A stretch of 64,000 bases of DNA from an uncultured cyanobacterium (lineage in GTDB: Bacteria; Cyanobacteriota; Vampirovibrionia; Vampirovibrionales; JAGQHJ01): contig CALAJO010000037.1 of assembly GCA_937922745.1 (NCBI GenBank), positions 1,240 through 65,239 on the forward strand. The letters are read 5' to 3'. Both the position numbers and the translations under genes were made by a program. Position 1 is the stretch's first letter; every line of letters starts with the position of its first letter. Below the pieces are notes generated by a model that was not told where the DNA came from, ran no database searches, and worked only from the letters and a program-made list of their open reading frames with translations. This document shows positions 43,301-50,751 of the stretch, in pieces.

Positions 43301-45085
43301 TTCGGTATCCGGCACGCTGCGCATAAAGCTGTCAAAGGCGGCAAAGTCGTCGTCATTGATGTTCTCAATGTCCAATCCCGGCAGGATGTTCAAGTTTTCC
43401 AGCGGCGGCGGTTTTAGGGAATCACTGATGTTGGCGGCATCATCACCGAAAACCGGGTGGGGAAGTTCCCATTCGCCACTTTCCGGCTGACTGGGAATAG
43501 GAGTGAAAACCTCCGGGACAGCCTCCTCATAATCGATCTGGGCAGCCGCCATTAAGGTTTCAAAGTCCCGTGTTTGGTTCTCCTCAGCCAGGGCCGATTC
43601 TTCCAGAGGATGCTCCGATGATTCGCCCTCCGGCGGGCGCTCGTGGCTTTCCGGTTCAAAAGCCGCCTCGATTTCCAGCGGAGCCAAAGGCATATTCGCA
43701 GGGAGATGTCCCAAACCGGGCAATTCTCCAAAGGGTTCTTCAGACGGCTGAAAATCCTCTTCTGCCGGGATATGACGAGAGGCTTCAAGGCTTTGCTCAG
43801 CTTCCAAAGGTTGAACTGCTTGCGGGATAGCCTCAATTGGCGCATTGTCGTCGGATAGTCGAAGTTCTTGGCCATCAAAACCAGATGGTTCTATCATGGG
43901 CTCGGCTTCGGGTATCTGCGGCGCAGCCTCAGCTATTAAGCCCGGCGGTTGGGGCTGATCGGGTTCCGGAAAAAAATCGGGCTCTTCCACGGTCTTGTCC
44001 GGGATAAACAGATCCAGCCCGCTCGTGATGTCGCCGCTGATTTGGATGCCGTTATCACCGAAAACGCGCTTTTCTTCCCAGCGGTCATTAATGTACTCGT
44101 CCCAATACCGGCTCACGTTGCTTACCAAAAAGGTGCGGTGGCGTGTGTGTCTTATAAATTCCAGCGTTGCGTCCGTTTCGATCTCACAAGCTACCAGCAT
44201 CATATGCGTATCCGGATGAAGGTTCTGCCGGGACGCCATGCGCAGAAGGCCCGCGTAAGCAAACGGGAGAAACTCCGAAGGCAACTGGGACAGGTTAATG
44301 TGCAGGGATTGCGGCAGGTGGTCCAGTCGCAGGATGTTGTTGGGATTGGAGGTGAATAACCGGCTGGTGTGGAATGCGTATAACTGGTGCAGGATAACGG
44401 CGGAAAGCGGGTGTTGTTGCATTGCCGGGTGATTGACGAAATACTGGAGCGGGATAAAGTCCGGTGTGGCGGGAACCAGGCTTAACAGAAAACGCGACGC
44501 TTCCGCCTGGATGGTTTTGGGCAGGTTCGCCACAATCCACTCGATAAAATTGCTAATGCCCACATCCTGGATGGATAGGCGGGCGTCAATCCCCGCATAC
44601 AGTTCCTTAACACCTGTTTCGGACAGGTTAATGCCCACCGGGTCCAGGATGAGGATCGGCAGCCGGGCCTCCTGAAGGCTATGGATGACTTTACGGTGAA
44701 GCCCAACCTTGCTGGGCTTGACATACACGATATGCCCGGAGTCATTCAGATCCATCACAATGTCATTCAGGGATATTGGTGCAACCGGATCGCTTTGCTC
44801 CAGCCGCAAACGGAAGTATTCCTTAGGCGAAACGGTTTTAACCGACTGAACCCGTGTGTCCGGCTGACCGGATACGGGGAGCATCATCAGTTTCAGCGCG
44901 TCCGGGCTATCCGGCTCCTGTAGGACGCTTTCAATCTGCGCATAATAATGCTGGCCGGTCCGGGTGATAAAGTCGAGAATCGTCCCCGGCTTTGGCAGAA
45001 CCGCCCATTGTGTACACCGACCTTCAATCGTATTGGCTGTCAGTTTCTCAATCGATATTGTTAACGCGGCCATGGACTCCAACAT
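40370..45085 (-). CDS. Giant (1571 aa) highly acidic, largely disordered repeat protein with a structured about 330-aa N-terminal domain and a C-terminal UvrD/PcrA-C-terminal-like (Tudor/SH3-like) domain
   Basis: Continuous ORF; D/E/P/Q/S/L-rich with recurring [DE]F[DA]xF[ML]RSxPD and SF[DN]L[ND]FxxLD motifs; C-terminus GEEVRHQRYGKGVIKRV...VILNITFEGIGKRLLDPKLTQLEKV resembles helicase UvrD_C_2/DUF3553. Confidence 0.7.
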   Translation of the reverse strand: MLESMAALTISIEKLTANTIEGRCTQWAVLPKPGTILDFITRTGQHYYAQIESVLQEPDSPDALKLMMLPVSGQPDTRVQSVKTVSPKEYFRLRLEQSDPVAPISLNDIVMDLNDSGHIVYVKPSKVGLHRKVIHSLQEARLPILILDPVGINLSETGVKELYAGIDARLSIQDVGISNFIEWIVANLPKTIQAEASRFLLSLVPATPDFIPLQYFVNHPAMQQHPLSAVILHQLYAFHTSRLFTSNPNNILRLDHLPQSLHINLSQLPSEFLPFAYAGLLRMASRQNLHPDTHMMLVACEIETDATLEFIRHTRHRTFLVSNVSRYWDEYINDRWEEKRVFGDNGIQISGDITSGLDLFIPDKTVEEPDFFPEPDQPQPPGLIAEAAPQIPEAEPMIEPSGFDGQELRLSDDNAPIEAIPQAVQPLEAEQSLEASRHIPAEEDFQPSEEPFGELPGLGHLPANMPLAPLEIEAAFEPESHERPPEGESSEHPLEESALAEENQTRDFETLMAAAQIDYEEAVPEVFTPIPSQPESGEWELPHPVFGDDAANISDSLKPPPLENLNILPGLDIENINDDDFAAFDSFMRSVPDTEPVSSQQAQAVEPAPKTPIRSFDADPDLAEFDRFMRSTPDATPTESLTPPSPDVFDEELSDFDGFLRSDHSTPMQTEASFDLNFDGLDTLPSLNETVEANTAPSENPPPENVASEEVNIETLLQHTLPAEELPSTTETPQPVNHPPEDDMPELSMASFNLDFGSLDLDLPSQMPASDTAQPEHPPQDHAPDTPVQAEPKEPVQMLSESLEQSLAFEEALFDSFVEQSDGIEEQTEAMPPFQPLAVDDAPEPSPELQESEHNALGDLPQLDLDLPTSFDSFEAELLSWNDTAPKTENAANEPIFNETATEPTQSEPAEAPHDESLTLPQEMILNPEPVALDLPGLPEALEPPVEASQSAMQPNPLPPAENDLMGLDFSGLELSGLSSPDEQGLYLLVQREIPNITKGMPQVDFVPGQAELSLDGELGTLELEESPFGNMAPDLIETVHEKKLETDTEQLELDAEYKSSSQTVYDKVYIKGPDGEASSDMNRDDALAYLQELGHNQGDEAQAHIPLASAISSNPEENVTVVGAGFNDEDLLALLGENARMAAAQPVENAPAPAPAMPAQEAMPQEEDWLQAYLNEGQSPAQEEGVSPEHESPGALPFFDLDNDALLDSSEPPTFINPNKHATLDKEQVVASGEAFLDMPHPAMDATMNDPQPDANLEALLALNMEFAAPDGDGSENLLPPSLRLDEEPSAQASTPELDPGLDINWDEMENAVSASQQPVPPSLQLEPLASEELGNDFDLSMLEVTPPESTTPSAPADIAQEEEAPFHLDTAALGFDDEMALDFDFSDFKEPEQQATPTAIHQQQTEGMSDILQELNADEWMHQPPHAEQNEAPANTGSEKDPLDFLYGDQNADDLMDFSLGLDFEEARPVQYTELHDQDILPQQADPHPSSHTPPAAEGMGIPVVKSNLAPSVSVEYKAGEEVRHQRYGKGVIKRVITMDDNQVILNITFEGIGKRLLDPKLTQLEKVS

Positions 45086-45146
45086 GCAAGAATCAACACT
45101 TCTATTCTATACTGTTATCGGTAAAAAGAACGGAACCTGAAACGTC

Positions 45147-46397
45147 ATGGGGAACTTGCTCGATCTGCTGGGTGAGCAGCATAAACGGACACCGCTGCCT
45201 GAACTGCTTCGGCCGAAAACGCTTTCGGACTTTGTAGGTCAGCAATCCGTGCTGGGAGCCCATGCTCCGCTGCGCAACCTGATAGAGTCGCAAAGCCTGA
45301 CGTCCCTGATCTTTTGGGGGCCGCCGGGTGTGGGTAAAACCACCCTGGCCCGGCTGATTGCGGAGAACTCCAAAGCCCAGTTTATCCAGCTGAGCGCTGT
45401 TTCATCCGGCATTGCGGACTTGCGAAAGGTGATGGAGCAGGCGCGCGAAGCCCTGATTTATTCCCAGCGGCAAACGGTGCTGTTTATCGATGAAATCCAT
45501 CGTTACAACAAAACCCAGCAGGATGCGCTGCTGCCTTATGTGGAAGATGGGACGGTCTACCTGATTGGTGCGACGACCGAGAATCCCAGTTTTAATGTCG
45601 TTCCGGCGCTGCTTTCCCGCTTATTGATTGTTCGGCTGGATTACCTGGGACGGGAAGACATTGCCCGACTGATCAGCCGGGGCATTCAACAACTGGGCAA
45701 TGCGGACGTTGAGGAGGATGCCGTTGAATATATCATTAATTACGCCAACGGGGATGGCCGGAGCGCCTTGACGCTGCTGGAAAGCGCGTATGTCTGCGCG
45801 CCGATGGCTGAAAACCGCCGAGGGATTGATGTGGCGCTGCTGGAGCAACTGGCCCAGCAAGGCCGCTTGAACTACGATCGGGACGGCGATGCCCATTACG
45901 ATCATGCATCGGCTTACCAGAAGAGTATGCGCGGATCCGATGCGGATGCGGCCATTTACTGGATGGCGAAAATGATTGCGTCCGGGGAAGACCCGCGGTT
46001 TATTGCCCGGCGTTTGGTGGTTACAGCCAGCGAAGATGTAGGGAACGCCGACCCGATGGCGCTGCTCCTGGCCAATGCCGCCGCGGATGCGGTCGAGCGG
46101 ATTGGCTTGCCCGAAGCCCGTATTCCCTTGGCGCAGGCAACCATTTATGTCGCCAAGGCCAGGAAGTCCAACCAGTCCGTTGCGGCGGTGAATGCCGCAA
46201 TGAGCGATATTGAGCGAAAAGGGAAGAACTTTCCGGTGCCATCCCATCTTCGGGATGCGCATTACAAGGATGCCAAGACCAAATATGGCCATGGGGTCGG
46301 CTACATCTATTCCCACGAACACCCGGATGCGGAGCAGCATTTTTTGCCGCAACCCCTGATTGGAACGCGTTATGTAAAGGATATTGACCATGATTGA
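45147..46397 (+). CDS. rarA: Replication-associated recombination protein A (AAA+ ATPase)
   Basis: Walker A GPPGVGKTT, Walker B VLFIDEIHR, MgsA C-terminal domain; 416 aa. Confidence 0.93.
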   Translation: MGNLLDLLGEQHKRTPLPELLRPKTLSDFVGQQSVLGAHAPLRNLIESQSLTSLIFWGPPGVGKTTLARLIAENSKAQFIQLSAVSSGIADLRKVMEQAREALIYSQRQTVLFIDEIHRYNKTQQDALLPYVEDGTVYLIGATTENPSFNVVPALLSRLLIVRLDYLGREDIARLISRGIQQLGNADVEEDAVEYIINYANGDGRSALTLLESAYVCAPMAENRRGIDVALLEQLAQQGRLNYDRDGDAHYDHASAYQKSMRGSDADAAIYWMAKMIASGEDPRFIARRLVVTASEDVGNADPMALLLANAAADAVERIGLPEARIPLAQATIYVAKARKSNQSVAAVNAAMSDIERKGKNFPVPSHLRDAHYKDAKTKYGHGVGYIYSHEHPDAEQHFLPQPLIGTRYVKDIDHD

Positions 46398-47013
46398 GTC
46401 CCAAAGCCAGCCGAATCCAACTTTAAGCAGGCCAGCGGTGTCCATTGTGTTGGCATCGGGTTCTCCACGCCGACGGGAGCTATTGGCGTCGCTCGGGCTC
46501 ACGTTCGATGTGGTTCCTTCTCCCGTGGATGAGAAGGCGATTGACGTGACGGGCCTGAGCCCAAGGGAAAAGGCCCTTAAGCTGGCCTATCTCAAGGGAA
46601 AGGCCGTGGCGCAGGATTATCCTGATGCGCTGGTTATTTCCGCGGATACGCTGGTTGCCCTGGATAGTGAGATTTTTGAAAAGCCTGAAGATGAGGCGGA
46701 TGCCTTTAGGATGTTAAACCGTTTGCAGGGGAACCGACATTCGGTTTTTTCCGCCATTGCCGTGTTTTACCAGGGGCAAGAGAAAGTGGATGCCCTGGAA
46801 ACCGCAGTTACCATGCGCCCTCTTTCTGACACGAGCATCTGGGACTATATCCGTACCGGCGAACCGATGGATAAAGCCGGGGCTTACGCAATCCAAGGAT
46901 ACGGAAGCTTACTGGTCCAGGAAATCGAAGGCTGCTACTTTAACGTCGTAGGCTTATCCCTGGTGTTGCTGGATCAGTTAACCCAATCGCTTGGGATTAA
47001 GCTCGGATTTTAA
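46384..47013 (+). CDS. maf: Maf-like nucleoside triphosphate pyrophosphatase (septum formation protein Maf)
   Basis: ASGSPRRRELL start, conserved Maf core; overlaps the rarA stop (operon). Confidence 0.88.
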   Translation: MTMIESQSQPNPTLSRPAVSIVLASGSPRRRELLASLGLTFDVVPSPVDEKAIDVTGLSPREKALKLAYLKGKAVAQDYPDALVISADTLVALDSEIFEKPEDEADAFRMLNRLQGNRHSVFSAIAVFYQGQEKVDALETAVTMRPLSDTSIWDYIRTGEPMDKAGAYAIQGYGSLLVQEIEGCYFNVVGLSLVLLDQLTQSLGIKLGF

Positions 47014-47023
47014 TGTAAATTTT

Positions 47024-47515
47024 CTAGCGCAATATGTTTTCGAGCAGCAGGCGAATCAAGCTATTCGGATCAAATTCAGATTGAGCGCCAGATATTGGCC
47101 CACTTAAATCAGGATGGATAATTGTGCCGAGTACCGAAGGATCCAATCCCGCTTCGTCACCAACAAGCGCCGTAGTGATCATTTGGTTAGGGTCAAATTC
47201 AGTGACACTGCCTATAGGCCCGTTAACATCCCGGCTGGGATTAGGCGAGGAGCCAATAGATATTCGTTCAGGAGTTATGCCTGCTTCATCACCAACCATC
47301 GCCATTGTAAACAGGCGGTTTGGATCGAATTCGGGTCCTCCGCCCTGGATAGGATCACTTAAGTCTGGTTTGCTGTTAATGCCGCAACTCACGTCGGAGG
47401 GTTTCAAGCCCGCTTCATCGCCAACCATTGCCATTGTAAACAATTGATCGGCTCTTGGTGCGGAAGCCGCCTTGCCGTAAGGAGTTGCAAGGATGTTAAA
47501 ATTGATAAATGTCAT
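47024..47515 (-). CDS. Small repeat protein: three tandem 45-aa repeats (..F/ITMAMVGDEAGL.P......P..S.PI.G..SEFDPN)
   Basis: Repeats obvious in the translation; AT-rich promoter region upstream (47520-47650). Confidence 0.6.
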   Translation of the reverse strand: MTFINFNILATPYGKAASAPRADQLFTMAMVGDEAGLKPSDVSCGINSKPDLSDPIQGGGPEFDPNRLFTMAMVGDEAGITPERISIGSSPNPSRDVNGPIGSVTEFDPNQMITTALVGDEAGLDPSVLGTIIHPDLSGPISGAQSEFDPNSLIRLLLENILR

Positions 47516-47660
47516 GCCGTACTCCTGGTCTTTCCACCAGTTTTACTGGTAATTAATTATTTGTTTATATTTTTATAAAAACAAATAAATTTTAAAAAAT
47601 GACCTGGTGGTATCAAACTTGTAAAAAAACTTAGAGCTGGATATGTGAGTTATATCGATT

Positions 47661-47900
47661 TTATTTCCCGATTAAAAAATGGCCATATAAACCTGTGGTA
47701 ATGCAGATTGCAAAAAAGAAGGCAATGACCCAGCTTGTTAGTTTGTTTAAGCCTGCTTCTGCCCCTTTTTGGCTGGTAAATAACTGTGCCGCGCCACCAA
47801 TACCGCCAATCCCATCCCCTTTTGGAGAGTGAATGAGGACGAGACCAATGAGAATAACGGCGGTGAGCGCCTGAATAACGAGCAGAATATTGAGCAGCAT
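47661..47900 (-). CDS. secG: Preprotein translocase subunit SecG
   Basis: 80 aa: N-terminal TM helix, PKGDGIGGIGGAAQLFTSQKG Gly-rich loop, second TM; AGGAGA SD upstream of the ATG at 47900 (ORF track starts further 5' at 48047). Confidence 0.75.
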   Translation of the reverse strand: MLLNILLVIQALTAVILIGLVLIHSPKGDGIGGIGGAAQLFTSQKGAEAGLNKLTSWVIAFFFAICITTGLYGHFLIGK

Positions 47901-48009
47901 AATCTCGAAATCTCCTGGATTGGTTTGTATATGAAACCATTTAATCATGGAATCTCCTCCTAGGAAAATTTTTCGCCATACTCTACAATAATGTCGTACA
48001 GGCTTGTAA

Positions 48010-48684
48010 ATGGAGTGGTTGGTTATGACAAAGCATTTTAACCTCATTAAGGGAACCCGCGTGCTGTTTGCCGCCTTTTTGACGACTTATGCCCTTTTAT
48101 CCGTGGGGTATACGGCCAAGCTCAGCGATCTCATCAAGCGAGCGCCGCAGCTTTTTCTCCCCAGCCAAATCCTGCCGGGGCAGACCACCACGTTTACCGT
48201 CAAGGGCAAGCCCGGCAAGCAGGTCAAGCTGATTTTATCCGATACTGCCGTGAATCGCGAGCTGGATTCCGGTGTGACGCTTCGGGTTGGGGAACCGGTT
48301 TTAGAGAAAGAAGTGACGATTCCTGAAACCGGGGTTGTGCAAATCCCGGTTGAGATTCCCCAGAACATTGGGGAAGCCGGACAACGGAAATTCGTGGAAG
48401 CGATTGTCTGGTCCAGCCCGGATCAGAGCGATGCGGAAGTCGTTCAGATTATCGAATCATCCGGGAATGAGACCACCGAAAATGCCGTGATGGTGGGCGC
48501 AGAACCGGATCGCGGAAACACCATCCTGGTGCCGGGCGATCCCAACCTGGCGAACGTAATGCGGACGCTGGACACCTTGAGCAATACCAGCCAGGATCCG
48601 CGCAAGCGGGATTTGATTGATAGCGGCGCCATCAACCGGAAACGCCAGTTGGATTCCAATCTCTATAACAACACCCGGTTTTAG
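48010..48684 (+). CDS. Hypothetical secreted protein (signal peptide; start likely MTKHFN.. at 48025)
   Basis: N-terminal hydrophobic segment VLFAAFLTTYALLSVGYTA; no known domain. Confidence 0.5.
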   Translation: MEWLVMTKHFNLIKGTRVLFAAFLTTYALLSVGYTAKLSDLIKRAPQLFLPSQILPGQTTTFTVKGKPGKQVKLILSDTAVNRELDSGVTLRVGEPVLEKEVTIPETGVVQIPVEIPQNIGEAGQRKFVEAIVWSSPDQSDAEVVQIIESSGNETTENAVMVGAEPDRGNTILVPGDPNLANVMRTLDTLSNTSQDPRKRDLIDSGAINRKRQLDSNLYNNTRF

Positions 48685-48714
48685 GTCTTGCTATTTTAAA
48701 GTCAGCGGTTCAAG

Positions 48715-50610
48715 CTACTGGCCATAACCATAATAGTAGTTGCTGTTCGCTGCATTATTACCGTAAGTATAAGCGGCTGGATAAGTGTAGCCCTGGCCGG
48801 CATTCGTTGTGTTATAGCCATACTGCTGATAACTGGGGTATTGGTACGGGCTGTAGGCAGCGCTAGTGTTATAGTTGCTGTAGTAGCCGCTGTTGGCATA
48901 ATTGTTGTAATACGCCATGCTGGGCTGCGAATAGTAGGGTGAATAGTACACATTGGGATATTGGGCATAGCCCTGGGCCTGCTGCGGATAGGTGTAAGCA
49001 TACCCTGGGTAGGAAGCCTGCTGTTCCTGCGCCATTTGAGCGTTCATGGCCGCTTCCTCTTCCATAATCATCCGCTGGTAATCATCCAGGAAGGCTTGCT
49101 GTTTCTCTGTCGGAACCGTTCTCAGCAGATTGTACCTGGCGGCGTCCGTCTGATCCGGGATAAGGTACTGGTTTGAGGCCAGCTTGGTATTAATGTCGTT
49201 CCAGATCTTATGGGCAATCTTTGCCGGGAAGCCGGCGTGGTGAATCATCGGGATCATCTCCCGGGCAGACCGCTTGACCAGCTTAGGGTTATCGTCATCG
49301 CTATCGGCTGTAATGAAATAGACTTCGCCGGTTTTGGGATCTTTTTCGTAGCCGGTAATCGTCAGCTCATGCTTCATATCCAGACGGCCGGTCGTTCCGC
49401 CGAACCGATCCGTTGTGACAATGCCGACCAGGACATCTTCGCCGATATCAATGGCCGAGATGATGTCTTGCAAGGTCTGGTCGAAACTGCGGTAGTAGCC
49501 CATCAAGTAGGGTTCGTTATCGCGGCCCGCGGCAGTAAACTGGTACACAACGGACATCACGCCGCCGTTATCCTTGATGATGCTTTCCATCAAAGTTTTG
49601 CGTTCTTCTTCCAGGCCCTTATCGTAGTCCAGCGTCCCATCCGGGTTGACGCGCATGTCTAATCCCGGATCGTAGGACTGAGCCGCAAGTTTGGTCAACG
49701 CACCCTGATACAGCGCTTCGACAACACCGCGCGCGCCGGGCTCCTTGTTCCGTTGCTGGTTAACCGCGCGAATCAGGCCGCTTTGGGGAAGGTTAACGGT
49801 AACCCAGTACTGCTGGTTATTGGTGCCGGGCACCGGCGTTGCGGGAATGCCGTATTCGTTTAACCGCTCTGCCGCCAGGGAAGGATCTTCCGGCGCAATC
49901 TCGTTAATGGCAGCTTTTTCCACAAAAGCCAGCCTGGGGCTGCTCAGCTCCGCAATGTGCCGTGTAAACTCGCTGGGGCTTCGGTAAGCCATATAGTACA
50001 TCACGCTGGAGGCCACACAGGTTGCGCTGGATGTCACCCGCAGGGTTTCCATATCGATGGGCTGGGAAATTTGCGGTCCGGCGCCACTGTTATAGTAGTC
50101 CATCAAGGCCCGCAGGTTCTGGGGCGTCAAGGTGCCAAAGCGTTGGGTAATGGTCTGGGGCTCGTTAATCAGGCGAACCGTCTCTTCCAGGACAACTTTT
50201 GCATCCAAGCCAGCCGCTTTTTTATTTGTTGCGATTGCATAGAGATGATCCAGCGTGGTTTTCCCATCATCCGATTTATTGTCGGTCAGGCGACCTTTTT
50301 TAAGCTGCTGGTATAAATGCTTTTTGCCGGTTGCAGAAAGGTTTTCCTGGAGCGTGCGGTACATCGCCAGGCGTGTGCCGAATGTTTCACCGGGCTGGAG
50401 TTTTACCTTCAACATCTTGTTGAGTTGCAACGACTCAAACGGATGCAGGATCCAGTCGACAATACTCAGGCTCTTGGATGCGGCCGGCTTGGCTGCGGGA
50501 ATGAATTCCTGGCCGGGCAAAATCGTTACGGCGTCAACGGCCTTTGGCGTTGATGGCACCGCAGAAAGCGGGTTATAGGGCGTTTGGATTGAGGAAACAG
50601 TATTCAACAT
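48715..50610 (-). CDS. Large hypothetical protein with about 120-aa Q/N/Y/G-rich prion-like low-complexity C-terminal tail
   Basis: 631-aa ORF; C-terminus YPGYAYTYPQQAQGYAQYPNVYYSPYYSQPSMAYYNNYANSGYYSNYNTS...; globular N-terminal part with a conserved Cys..His pair but no assignable family. Confidence 0.6.
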   Translation of the reverse strand: MLNTVSSIQTPYNPLSAVPSTPKAVDAVTILPGQEFIPAAKPAASKSLSIVDWILHPFESLQLNKMLKVKLQPGETFGTRLAMYRTLQENLSATGKKHLYQQLKKGRLTDNKSDDGKTTLDHLYAIATNKKAAGLDAKVVLEETVRLINEPQTITQRFGTLTPQNLRALMDYYNSGAGPQISQPIDMETLRVTSSATCVASSVMYYMAYRSPSEFTRHIAELSSPRLAFVEKAAINEIAPEDPSLAAERLNEYGIPATPVPGTNNQQYWVTVNLPQSGLIRAVNQQRNKEPGARGVVEALYQGALTKLAAQSYDPGLDMRVNPDGTLDYDKGLEEERKTLMESIIKDNGGVMSVVYQFTAAGRDNEPYLMGYYRSFDQTLQDIISAIDIGEDVLVGIVTTDRFGGTTGRLDMKHELTITGYEKDPKTGEVYFITADSDDDNPKLVKRSAREMIPMIHHAGFPAKIAHKIWNDINTKLASNQYLIPDQTDAARYNLLRTVPTEKQQAFLDDYQRMIMEEEAAMNAQMAQEQQASYPGYAYTYPQQAQGYAQYPNVYYSPYYSQPSMAYYNNYANSGYYSNYNTSAAYSPYQYPSYQQYGYNTTNAGQGYTYPAAYTYGNNAANSNYYYGYGQ

Positions 50611-50751
50611 CTCTTGCTAGGAAACCCCCTGTCTTTCAGGATAAAAACATCCCCAAGGCAAAAAGTGCGGCCTCAAGCGATCCGATCGTTAAGGATCTTA
50701 ACATTGAAAAACCTGAAGTCGAATGGGTTGAAGAAGCTCTCTTGGAGAAGC

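Noticed and set aside
47650-48047. 96-aa and 128-aa minus-strand ORFs around secG
   Set aside because: The 128-aa call is SecG with a spurious 49-codon 5' extension; the 96-aa ORF is an alternative frame of the same DNA
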